From Acetivibrio ethanolgignens (GTDB taxonomy: Bacteria > Bacillota > Clostridia > Lachnospirales > Lachnospiraceae), in contig NZ_LNAM01000024.1 in NCBI RefSeq assembly GCF_001461035.1, positions 16,145 through 56,144 on the forward strand: 40,000 bases of DNA, given 5' to 3'. How positions within the stretch are numbered: the first letter of the stretch is position 1; every line of letters begins with the position of its first letter. Positions 22,890 through 30,881 of the stretch are shown piece by piece. The notes under the pieces were generated by a model. That model saw only the letters and a list, made by a program, of their open reading frames with translations, was not told where the DNA came from and made no database searches. The position numbers and the translations under genes were made by a program.

Positions 22890-23123
22890 ATGGCAAAGGA
22901 TGATTATTTTGTAATTGTATACAGGATACTGAATTATCTGTATGAATGTTTCAAAGCCGGCGAAAGACCGGATATGGAAATGTTCGGACCCGTTGCTCTT
23001 CGGATTAATAATGGATATTGGGTGAATGTCATGGAAAGTCTTTATTTGGTGGTTTTTATGCTACAAATTAAAAAGTTGCACTGGCACAACAGAATGGAGG
23101 ACATATGGAACTTAACAGTTTAG
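22890..23123 (+). CDS. YjcQ-like protein, C-terminally divergent or truncated
   Basis: MAKDDYFVIVYRILNYLYECFKAGERPDMEMFG...INNGYWVNVMESLY matches the N-terminus of clostridial YjcQ-family proteins as I recall them. The last ~25 aa do not. Confidence 0.55.
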   Translation: MAKDDYFVIVYRILNYLYECFKAGERPDMEMFGPVALRINNGYWVNVMESLYLVVFMLQIKKLHWHNRMEDIWNLTV

Positions 23124-23314
23124 AAATAAATACAAGCGGCAGCTTAGGAAATATTATTCTGAATGGAGAAGACATATCGAAAAAAATTACAAAGGTAGAA
23201 TATGTACATGAAGGAGGCGAAATTCCATTTATAAAAATAACATATCCTGTAGATGAAATAAAAATTAATGCAAATGTAATAGTAAATGAAATACCAGATA
23301 ATCAGAACACTTAG
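23105..23314 (+). CDS. Hypothetical protein (69 aa)
   Basis: ORF with GGAGGACAT before the ATG. Followed directly by a terminator. Confidence 0.5.
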   Translation: MELNSLEINTSGSLGNIILNGEDISKKITKVEYVHEGGEIPFIKITYPVDEIKINANVIVNEIPDNQNT

Positions 23315-23333
23315 AGATAGGTGTTCTTTTTAT
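23304..23333 (+). terminator. Rho-independent terminator inside the late region
   Basis: AGAACAC (23304-23310) / GTGTTCT (23321-23327), followed by TTTTAT. The stop codon of the preceding ORF sits in the loop. Confidence 0.6.
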
Positions 23334-23421
23334 ATGCCGCCTTTCCGGTACCGCAGGCGGAAAAGAACGGGACATCACCGGACACGACCGGGGCAACAAG
23401 TGAAGATGAAAGGAGACTATC

Positions 23422-24030
23422 ATGAAGAAAGAAGATTTTATTTCGCTTGGAATTAGCGAGGAACTTGCAGAAAAAGCAGCAGAAGCTTCCGCAAAAGAGC
23501 TGGAAGGCTTTATACCTAAATCACGTTTTGAGGAAGTCAATGAGGCAAAGAAACAGCTTGAAAAAGATGTAAAGACCAGAGACGGACAGTTGGAAGAGCT
23601 TAAAAAAGCAAATGGTAATAATGAGGAGCTGCAAAAGCAGATTAAGGAGCTTCAGGAAACAAACAAAACCGAGAAAGCAAAATACGAGTCTGACATTAAG
23701 GACTTAAGACTTTCTAATGCTATAAAGCTTTCTCTGGCTGGAAAAGTACACGATGAGGAGATTGTGGCTGGCCTTTTTGACAAGACAAAGCTGGTTCTTG
23801 GAGAAGATGGCAAGGTTTTGGGACTGGAAGAGCAGATTAAGGAGCTTCAGGAAACAAAGAAATTCCTGTTTAAGCAGGTAAATGGTGGCTATAACCCACA
23901 GGGCGGAAGCCATACAGTAACGAACCCGTTTGCAAAAGAAACTTTTAACTTAACAGAACAGGGAAAATTATTAAAAGAAAATCCGGCACAGGCCAGAGAG
24001 CTGGCAGCAGCGGCCGGAATGACCATTTAA
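23422..24030 (+). CDS. Capsid scaffolding protein (GP20-like)
   Basis: 202 aa, coiled-coil and Lys/Glu-rich. Repeated IKELQETNK/IKELQETKK. Position immediately before the major capsid gene. Confidence 0.8.
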   Translation: MKKEDFISLGISEELAEKAAEASAKELEGFIPKSRFEEVNEAKKQLEKDVKTRDGQLEELKKANGNNEELQKQIKELQETNKTEKAKYESDIKDLRLSNAIKLSLAGKVHDEEIVAGLFDKTKLVLGEDGKVLGLEEQIKELQETKKFLFKQVNGGYNPQGGSHTVTNPFAKETFNLTEQGKLLKENPAQARELAAAAGMTI

Positions 24031-24051
24031 GAAAGGAAAAGGTGATATTTT

Positions 24052-25047
24052 ATGGCAGCAACAAAATTATCAGACGTTATTGTACCGGTTTTATTCAATC
24101 CCTATGTAGTGAACCGTACAATGGAGTTATCTGCTCTGGTTCGGAGCGGGATTGTAACAAATAACAGTGAGTTTGACACATTAGCTTCACAGGCATCTCC
24201 GCTTGTGAATATGCCGTTCTTTGAGGATTTAACCGGAGAATCCGAGCAGATTATCGAAGATGCGAACCTGGAGGCTAATAAAATCAATTCCAACAAGGAC
24301 GTAGCGGCTATTATTCGCCGTGCTAAGATGTGGGCGGCAACAGATTTATCCGCAGCACTGGCAGGCAGTGACCCAATGAAAGCTATTGGTGATTTGGTGG
24401 CACGGTTCTGGGAAAGAGACTTGCAAAAAGAGCTGGTGGCTGTGCTTGGTGGCATCTTTGGAACCTACACTCCTCCGGAAGGGCATGCAACTACACCACT
24501 GGCATCTAATATATTAGATATTTCTGGAAAATCTGGATCAGCGGCAAACTGGAGTGGTACAGCCTTCATTGATGCAGAGCAGTTGCTTGGAGATGCTAAG
24601 GCACAGCTTACTGGTGTATGTATGCACAGTGCAACAGAGGCTTATTTGAAGAAGCAGAACCTGATTGAAACGGTGCAGCCGTCTAATGATGTGTCCTTTG
24701 GATTATACCAGGGAAAGCGTGTTATCGTTGATGATGGTTGCCCGGTAGAAAAGGGTGTGTATACTACCTATTTATTTGGAAATGGTGCTGTTGCTCTTGG
24801 AAACGGAAGTCCGGTCGGATTTGTGCCTACAGAAACTGACAGAGATAAAAAGAAAGGATCTGGCGTTGATTATCTGATTAACCGCAAGACTATGATTCTT
24901 CATCCAAGAGGAATTAAATTTACCAATGAAAAGGTAGCTAAGACAGAAGGCCCTTCCCGTGCAGAGTTGAAAAATGCACAGAACTGGAAGCCTGTTTATG
25001 AATCAAAGCAGATTAGAATTGTGGCATTTAAGCACAAATTGGGGTAG
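24052..25047 (+). CDS. Major capsid protein
   Basis: 331 aa. Position after the scaffold gene. Strong RBS GAAAGGAAAAGGTG. Composition typical of HK97-fold coat proteins. Confidence 0.85.
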   Translation: MAATKLSDVIVPVLFNPYVVNRTMELSALVRSGIVTNNSEFDTLASQASPLVNMPFFEDLTGESEQIIEDANLEANKINSNKDVAAIIRRAKMWAATDLSAALAGSDPMKAIGDLVARFWERDLQKELVAVLGGIFGTYTPPEGHATTPLASNILDISGKSGSAANWSGTAFIDAEQLLGDAKAQLTGVCMHSATEAYLKKQNLIETVQPSNDVSFGLYQGKRVIVDDGCPVEKGVYTTYLFGNGAVALGNGSPVGFVPTETDRDKKKGSGVDYLINRKTMILHPRGIKFTNEKVAKTEGPSRAELKNAQNWKPVYESKQIRIVAFKHKLG

Positions 25048-25407
25048 GTGAAATTTATGTCAGAGGAACTTGAGTTATTAGGCAAGTTGAAAACTTCCCT
25101 TGGAATACAGGGAGAGGAAAAAGATGGTGAATTAAAATTGTGTCTTGAAGAGGCAGAGGAGATAGCGGTTAATTACTGTAATCTGTCAGAGCTTCCAGAT
25201 GGGCTTAAAAATACGGTGGTGCGTATGGCAGTCGATATTTACCGGAACGAACAGCCAGGGGATAACATGGTTCCTCTGGCTGTGAAATCCATTAGTGAGG
25301 GAGACACAAGTACAAGCTTTGGAACTGTGCAGGTAAGCGGATATGCAGAGTCTGTATTGAAGGATTATAAAAACCAGCTTAACCGGTATAGAAAGGTGTG
25401 TTTTTGA
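25048..25407 (+). CDS. Head-tail connector (gp6-like)
   Basis: 119 aa. GTG start abutting the capsid stop. Position and size fit. Confidence 0.7.
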   Translation: MKFMSEELELLGKLKTSLGIQGEEKDGELKLCLEEAEEIAVNYCNLSELPDGLKNTVVRMAVDIYRNEQPGDNMVPLAVKSISEGDTSTSFGTVQVSGYAESVLKDYKNQLNRYRKVCF

Positions 25408-25775
25408 TGAATGCAGAGCAGCTACATAGAAAAGCAGTAGAAAGTCGCTATACTGGTATTTGCAATGTATATGAGCAGAAAGCAGAAAGAAATGAAGTTA
25501 CAAAACTAATGGAGCAAAAGGAAGTCCTTGTACTGGAGAATCAGCCTTGCAGGATTTCCTTTTCTTCTGTTCCGTCGGCATCAGAAAAACAGAATGCAGC
25601 AAAAGTTGATCAGATAGTGACTTTGTTTATTGCTCCAGAACTGGAAATAAAAGCCGGTTCCAAGATTGTAATAACCCAGGATAATGTGACCAGAGAGTAC
25701 AGCAAAAGTGGAATATCAGCCGTATATCCATCCCATCAGGAAATAACGTTGGAACTGCTTGGAGGTTATGCATAA
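25407..25775 (+). CDS. Head closure / head-tail adaptor protein
   Basis: ATG 25407 overlaps the preceding TGA (TGATG). Position fits. Confidence 0.6.
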   Translation: MNAEQLHRKAVESRYTGICNVYEQKAERNEVTKLMEQKEVLVLENQPCRISFSSVPSASEKQNAAKVDQIVTLFIAPELEIKAGSKIVITQDNVTREYSKSGISAVYPSHQEITLELLGGYA

Positions 25776-26245
25776 TGGCAAGTTGGGGAAGTTGTGATTT
25801 CAGCGAGTTGGAAAAGCTAAGGGACAGCTTGGAGGCAATGGGGAATCAGAAGAAGGCAGATGCTTTCTGTGAGGACTGTGCCAAGGAGCTTGCCGCCAGA
25901 TTGCTTCGGAAGGTAATTAAGCGAACACCAACAGATACGGGAAATTTAAGAAAGAATTGGACAACGCAAGCAGACGGAAGCGGCTCGGAAGGGTTAAAGA
26001 CCAGAGGAGCAACACAGTATGTAGATACGTTAAAAGTACATCGCTATGGTAACAATTTTGTGGTCAATATAACAAACCCAACAGAGTATGCGAGTTTTGT
26101 TGAATTTGGACACAGGACCGTAGATCATAAAGGATGGGTTAATGGTCAATTCATGCTTACAATATCCGAAAAGGAAATTGCTGATGCAGCTCCAGGAATT
26201 CTGGAGAAGAAACTGACAGCCTATTTGAAAGAGGTGTTTCAATGA
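25775..26245 (+). CDS. HK97 gp10-family tail-component protein
   Basis: Motif RTPTDTGNLRKNW...YASFVEFGH is typical of HK97 gp10-like proteins. Confidence 0.8.
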   Translation: MASWGSCDFSELEKLRDSLEAMGNQKKADAFCEDCAKELAARLLRKVIKRTPTDTGNLRKNWTTQADGSGSEGLKTRGATQYVDTLKVHRYGNNFVVNITNPTEYASFVEFGHRTVDHKGWVNGQFMLTISEKEIADAAPGILEKKLTAYLKEVFQ

Positions 26246-26670
26246 ACTTAGATGATATTACCGTGGGAATTTCACAGGCGATTTACAATGAATTTGGAGA
26301 GGATTATACAATTTATAGCGATGACATCAGTCAGGGAATGTCAGAACCCTGCTTTCTTGTATTGCCAATTAATTCAAGCCGTGAGCTGATTGTAGGAAAC
26401 CGCTACGAAAGTAGAAATCCATATGATATTCATTATTTTCCACAAAAGGAGAATGACCGAAGCGAGATAAATACTGTAGAGGCACGTCTGTATGTGGCCT
26501 TGGAGTATATTACGGTCAATGATGGGCTAGTCCGTGGGATAAATATGAATTCCCAGGTAACAGATGGTGTACTGCATTTTTTTGTTGACTATAATATGTT
26601 CCTGAATAAAAAACTTTTTGCAGCCGAAGAGATGCAGAAGTTATCAGTTACAGTTAAATTGAAGGAGTGA
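26242..26670 (+). CDS. Tail completion / neck protein
   Basis: 142 aa. ATGA overlap with the upstream gene. Position fits. Confidence 0.6.
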   Translation: MNLDDITVGISQAIYNEFGEDYTIYSDDISQGMSEPCFLVLPINSSRELIVGNRYESRNPYDIHYFPQKENDRSEINTVEARLYVALEYITVNDGLVRGINMNSQVTDGVLHFFVDYNMFLNKKLFAAEEMQKLSVTVKLKE

Positions 26671-26676
26671 TACTAT

Positions 26677-26859
26677 TTGCCAGATAAAAAGACAGAAACA
26701 AAGGTAAAGGAACCAATCTTTACAAAAGAGCAGCTTTTAACGTCAAAAAAATATGAAAAAGACAGAGATATTATAGATGCTGTATTGGAAGAAGGGAGCT
26801 ACACAGAAAGTGAAATTAGAAAAATAATCGAACAGTTTAAGAAAGGTAAGGTGAACTAA
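26677..26859 (+). CDS. Hypothetical small protein (60 aa)
   Basis: TTG start after AAGGAG. Abuts the sheath gene. Confidence 0.5.
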   Translation: MPDKKTETKVKEPIFTKEQLLTSKKYEKDRDIIDAVLEEGSYTESEIRKIIEQFKKGKVN

Positions 26860-28167
26860 ATGCCATTAGGTGGAGGAAAATTTACGACACAGAATAAGAT
26901 ACTTCCGGGCTTTTATGCAAATTTTGTTAGTATGGCAAGAGCATCATCTGTTGTATCAGACAGAGGATATGTGGCGTTGCCAATGGAGCTTGACTGGGGT
27001 ATTGATGGTGCTGTTTTTGCAGTGGAAAATGCAGATTTCCAAAAGAACTCAATGGATATCTTTGGATATTCCTATGATTCTGACCAGATGAAGTCACTAA
27101 GAGATTTATTCTTAAATGCAAAAACTGCATATATTTACCGGCTAAACAGCGGAGGAAAGGCAGCGAATACATACGGAACAGCAAAGTACAGCGGAGTCCG
27201 GGGAAATGATATCAAGACGGTAATCCAGACAAACGTAGATGATCCGTCAAATTTTGATGTGATTACCTATGTTGGAACTTCTAAAGTAGATGTACAGACG
27301 GTTTCCAGTGCAGCAGAGCTTGTAGATAACAGCTTTGTTTCGTTTAAAAAGGAGGCAGTTCTTGAAGCTACAGCAGGAATTCCGATGACAGGGGGAAAGA
27401 ACAAAGCAGATGTTACTGGTGAGGACCACCAGACGGCTCTGGTTAAATTAGAAGCATATACAGCTAATATTCTTATTTGTACTTCTACAGATGAGAAAAT
27501 CAAAAAGCTGTATGCTGCCTTTGTTAAAAGGCTCAGAGATGATGTCGGTGTAAAGCTTCAGGCAGTAATCCATAATTTCCCTGGAGATTACCCTGGAGTA
27601 ATCAACCTGAAGAATACTGTAGCTGACAGCGGAGCGAAAGGAAATGAGTTGGTGTATTGGCTTGGTGGTGCCGAAGCGGCTTGTGCAGTTAATAAAACAC
27701 TCACAAACCGTACTTATGATGGCGAATACACGGTAAATGCAGAGTATACGCAGACGGAGCTTATAAAGGCAATTCAGGATGGAGAGCTTTGCTTCCATAA
27801 TGTAGGCTCTGAAATTCATGTTCTGGATGATATTAATTCCTTTGTTACCTTTACCGAGGAAATGAATAAGGATTTTTCAAAGAATCAGGTAATCAGAGTA
27901 TTAGATCAGTACGGAAACGATATTGCCCTTTTATTCAATACCAAGTATCTTGGAAAAATTCAGAATGACAAGGACGGAAGAGTATCTTTCTGGGGTGATT
28001 TGGATGACTACAATAAAAAGCAGCAGAAGCTCCGTGCGGTAACCAACTATAATCCGGAGGAGCTTACTGTAGAGGCTGGAGAAGAAAAGGACAGTGTTGT
28101 AGTAGAGAACCCGGTGCAGGCAGTGTGCGCAATGGCAAAATGCTACATGAGAGTCTATGTAAGATAA
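26860..28167 (+). CDS. Contractile tail sheath protein (XkdK-like)
   Basis: 435 aa. N-terminus MPLGGGKFTTQNKILPGFYANFVS is characteristic of PBSX-type sheath proteins. Confidence 0.9.
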   Translation: MPLGGGKFTTQNKILPGFYANFVSMARASSVVSDRGYVALPMELDWGIDGAVFAVENADFQKNSMDIFGYSYDSDQMKSLRDLFLNAKTAYIYRLNSGGKAANTYGTAKYSGVRGNDIKTVIQTNVDDPSNFDVITYVGTSKVDVQTVSSAAELVDNSFVSFKKEAVLEATAGIPMTGGKNKADVTGEDHQTALVKLEAYTANILICTSTDEKIKKLYAAFVKRLRDDVGVKLQAVIHNFPGDYPGVINLKNTVADSGAKGNELVYWLGGAEAACAVNKTLTNRTYDGEYTVNAEYTQTELIKAIQDGELCFHNVGSEIHVLDDINSFVTFTEEMNKDFSKNQVIRVLDQYGNDIALLFNTKYLGKIQNDKDGRVSFWGDLDDYNKKQQKLRAVTNYNPEELTVEAGEEKDSVVVENPVQAVCAMAKCYMRVYVR

Positions 28168-28180
28168 GGAGGAAGAGCAG

Positions 28181-28678
28181 ATGTTTAAAACGAATTTGCA
28201 GTTTTTTGCTGATGATGTAATGGAAGCAAAGGACGCGGTTTCTGCTAAACTGGCAAAATGCTATGTGACGATTGAAGGAAACCGTTATCTCTTAATGCAG
28301 GCCAAGAGTTTTGAAGCAAATTTTAAGAAAAACAAAAAGACGGTATCCATATTAGGAAAGACCGGAGAGGGAAACAAGGCTTCTGGCTGGTCTGGTAGTG
28401 GAAAGATGGTTATTTACCATAATACAGAGCTTTTCAATGATTTGCTTGAACGCTACAAGAATACAGGTGAGGATATTTATTTTGATGTACAGGTAACCAA
28501 TGAGGACCCAACCAGTGCTGCCGGAAGAAATACCAAGATTTACAAAAACTGTAATCTGGATGAAGGAACCTTACAGAGTTTTGATGCAGCCGGAGAATGG
28601 CTGGAACAGGAAGTTTCATTTACCTTTGAGGATTATGAGGGTCCTGAAAAATATAAGCAGCTTGCAGGTATGCAGTAG
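28181..28678 (+). CDS. Tail tube protein (XkdM-like)
   Basis: 165 aa, directly after the sheath gene. The AKCYVTIEGNRYLLMQAKSFEA pattern is typical of XkdM-type tube proteins. Confidence 0.85.
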   Translation: MFKTNLQFFADDVMEAKDAVSAKLAKCYVTIEGNRYLLMQAKSFEANFKKNKKTVSILGKTGEGNKASGWSGSGKMVIYHNTELFNDLLERYKNTGEDIYFDVQVTNEDPTSAAGRNTKIYKNCNLDEGTLQSFDAAGEWLEQEVSFTFEDYEGPEKYKQLAGMQ

Positions 28679-28699
28679 AAGAAAAGGAGAAAGAGAAAA

Positions 28700-29113
28700 A
28701 TGAGTAATTTTGAAGCATTTTTAAATCAGAACAAGAAGAAGCAGAAAAATGTAAAAGTGGTAGCAAGTAAAGCTTTTGTAGGAAATGAAGGGAAACCATT
28801 AGAGTGGGAAATCCGCCAGTTAAAATCAAAGGAGGCAGATTATATCCGTAATGAATGTACTTCGGTTGGAAAAGGCGGGAAAGTTGTAATGGATGGTGCA
28901 AAATTTAACCGCATGGTAGCTGCTAAGTGTACAGTATATCCGAACTTGAATGACAAGGAACTTCAGGACTCCTATGGTGTAATGGGGGCAGAGGAGCTGA
29001 TTCAGGAAATGCTGGATAATGATGGTGAATTTCAGGAGTATGTAGGAAAAATCCTTGAAATAAGCGGATATGGTAAAACGGATACAGAACTAGAAGAAGA
29101 AGCAAAAAACTAA
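28700..29113 (+). CDS. Tail assembly chaperone (XkdN-like, gpG analogue)
   Basis: 137 aa, acidic C-terminus. Ends with the slippery sequence GCA AAA AAC TAA. Confidence 0.8.
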   Translation: MSNFEAFLNQNKKKQKNVKVVASKAFVGNEGKPLEWEIRQLKSKEADYIRNECTSVGKGGKVVMDGAKFNRMVAAKCTVYPNLNDKELQDSYGVMGAEELIQEMLDNDGEFQEYVGKILEISGYGKTDTELEEEAKN

Positions 29114-29283
29114 TAAATGGAGGCGATGTGGACAGCAATTACTATTATTATTGTTTGCATCGCTTCCACTGGACACCGAGACAGTTTTTAGAATTTGATA
29201 GGTATGAAAAGGCATTAATCATGGCTTGCATTGATATACGGACAGAAAAAGAAAAAAAGGAAGCGGCAAAGATGAATAGATGA
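29104..29283 (+). CDS. -1 programmed-frameshift extension of the chaperone (gpGT analogue)
   Basis: A AAA AAC heptamer (29104-29110) is in the correct zero-frame register just before the stop. The -1 frame is open from 29110 (CTA ATA AAT GGA GGC GAT GTG GAC...) to TGA 29281-29283, encoding ..DSNYYYYCLHRFHWTPRQFLEFDRYEKALIMACIDIRTEKEKKEAAKMNR. Confidence 0.6.
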   Translation, partial: KKLINGGDVDSNYYYYCLHRFHWTPRQFLEFDRYEKALIMACIDIRTEKEKKEAAKMNR

Positions 29284-29293
29284 CCGCGTAGTC

Positions 29294-29345
29294 TGGACTT
29301 TAATAACTCCCTGTTGTATAATAGAACTATATTGTACAATAGGGA
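29294..29345 (+). promoter_or_regulatory. Moron promoter (TGGACT-17-TATAAT) embedded in a 15-nt-arm inverted repeat that also covers the RBS
   Basis: -35 at 29294-29299 and -10 at 29317-29322. Inverted repeat TCCCTGTTGTATAAT (29308-29322) / ATTGTACAATAGGGA (29331-29345), 13 of 15 complementary. The right arm overlaps AGGGAGG, the RBS of ATG 29353. Confidence 0.45.
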
Positions 29346-29352
29346 GGAAAAC

Positions 29353-30030
29353 ATGAAGAGATGGAAATGCGGAAGAAAATATACTTATCTGATACTAGTT
29401 TTAACTATTGCTGGGTATATTGTTTTTGGAATTATTCAGGTAGGTAAATCTTATAAAACATATCAACTAACAGATTTTATAGTAGTTGGTATTATACTTT
29501 TGCTATTGGGGATTGCCGAAAAGCGGCTTATAGGGAAATTTTTAAATAATTCATCTGTATTAAAGCAAAACAATGAAAATTTAAAAGCTGAGCAAGAGAA
29601 AATATATAATTATGATGAAGTAAATGTAGCATTAGACCAGACAAAAATAAAACTGTCAGCTGATGAAAAAATATTGCAAGGGAAAGTTGTTGACATATTA
29701 ACTAAAAGCCTTTTGAGAAAAAGAGGTTATGGAGTATATATGAAAACATCGGAAAATGAAGATTATTTTTTTAGAGAACTTGTAAAAAATATAGAGAATA
29801 GTGGTTTAAAATCAGCGTTATTGTACTTAGAACCGATGTCGGATAAAAGTTTTAGTGTTCACTATGATGGTTATCAAATAGGAAGAATAAAGTTAAGTGG
29901 AAATAAAACTCGTATGCAGGTTTTGGTAGGATTACATGGAATGAAATTGTACGAAAATTTAACGGTGGAAGAGTATGTTGAAAAAATTTCTTTTTGGATA
30001 AAACATGCAAAGCATTGCTTAAGAGATTAG
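29353..30030 (+). CDS. Two-TM membrane protein of unknown function (moron gene)
   Basis: 225 aa from ATG 29353. TM1 YLILVLTIAGYIVFGII and TM2 FIVVGIILLLLGIA, then a coiled coil and a C-terminal globular domain (..SFSVHYDGYQIGRIKLSGNKTRMQVL..). Visibly AT-richer than the flanking tail genes. Confidence 0.7.
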   Translation: MKRWKCGRKYTYLILVLTIAGYIVFGIIQVGKSYKTYQLTDFIVVGIILLLLGIAEKRLIGKFLNNSSVLKQNNENLKAEQEKIYNYDEVNVALDQTKIKLSADEKILQGKVVDILTKSLLRKRGYGVYMKTSENEDYFFRELVKNIENSGLKSALLYLEPMSDKSFSVHYDGYQIGRIKLSGNKTRMQVLVGLHGMKLYENLTVEEYVEKISFWIKHAKHCLRD

Positions 30031-30171
30031 CAATTTTGCATATAAATATACAAAATTGAAAAATGTATTTCAAGGCACCCAGAGAAATCTAGGTGATTTT
30101 GTTATTGAAGGGCGTGGCAAAATGCTACGTCTTATTTTATTACAAAAAATCAGCAGAAAGGATTGAAAAAT

Positions 30172-30825
30172 ATGTTAGTAGAAATCACAAAAATCAATAA
30201 GGAAGAGGTAACTGTAGTAACCAGTCTTGATGTGGCTGAGACTTTTGAAAAGCAACATAAAGATGTACTTGAAAGTATTCGTGTCATAAAAGATACGTTG
30301 AGTACAGCGGAATTTTCCGCCCTATTCTATGAAGCAACATATAAGGCCGCTAACGGAAAAGCAAATCCTATGTACTATATGAACCGTGACGGTTTTACTC
30401 TTTTGGTCATGGGCTATACTGGTGAAAAAGCAATGAAATTTAAGCTTGCCTATATTAAGCAATTCAATGCAATGGAACAGGCTCTCATCGGCAAAATGAA
30501 AGAGCGTGAGAAAGGAATTGCTGTAAGACAGGCTCTCACAAAGGCAATCCAGCAGTCAGAAGAGAATGAAAGAATGCACGGCCACGCCTATTCTACTTAC
30601 ACAAACTGCATTTACAAGGTGGTATTCGGCATGAATGCGAACCAGCTCCGGGAAAAGTATGGATTAGGAAAGAAGGATAATATTAGAGATTGCTTTACAG
30701 AAGAGGAGTTAAAGGCTGTACAGTCAATGGAATGTCTTGTTAGCGGTCTGGTTGATTGCGGATGGGGATATGACCAAATTAAGGAATTTATCCAGCAGAC
30801 AAATGTCAAGAAGATTGCTGCATAG
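30172..30825 (+). CDS. Rha-family phage regulatory protein / antirepressor (copy 2), inside the tail module
   Basis: SLDVAETFEKQHKDVLESIRVI and NPMYYMNRDGFTLLVMGYTGEKAMKFKLAYIKQFNAME. Paralogous to 12695..13366. Confidence 0.85.
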   Translation: MLVEITKINKEEVTVVTSLDVAETFEKQHKDVLESIRVIKDTLSTAEFSALFYEATYKAANGKANPMYYMNRDGFTLLVMGYTGEKAMKFKLAYIKQFNAMEQALIGKMKEREKGIAVRQALTKAIQQSEENERMHGHAYSTYTNCIYKVVFGMNANQLREKYGLGKKDNIRDCFTEEELKAVQSMECLVSGLVDCGWGYDQIKEFIQQTNVKKIAA

Positions 30826-30853
30826 AGAGCTTAGAAATAGGCTTTCTTTTTTA
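30824..30853 (+). terminator. Terminator-like hairpin after the moron
   Basis: AGAGAGC (30824-30830) / GCTTTCT (30841-30847), with one G-U pair, followed by TTTTTAT. Confidence 0.45.
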
Positions 30854-30881
30854 TGTATCAATTTAAGAAAGGAGAAATTTC

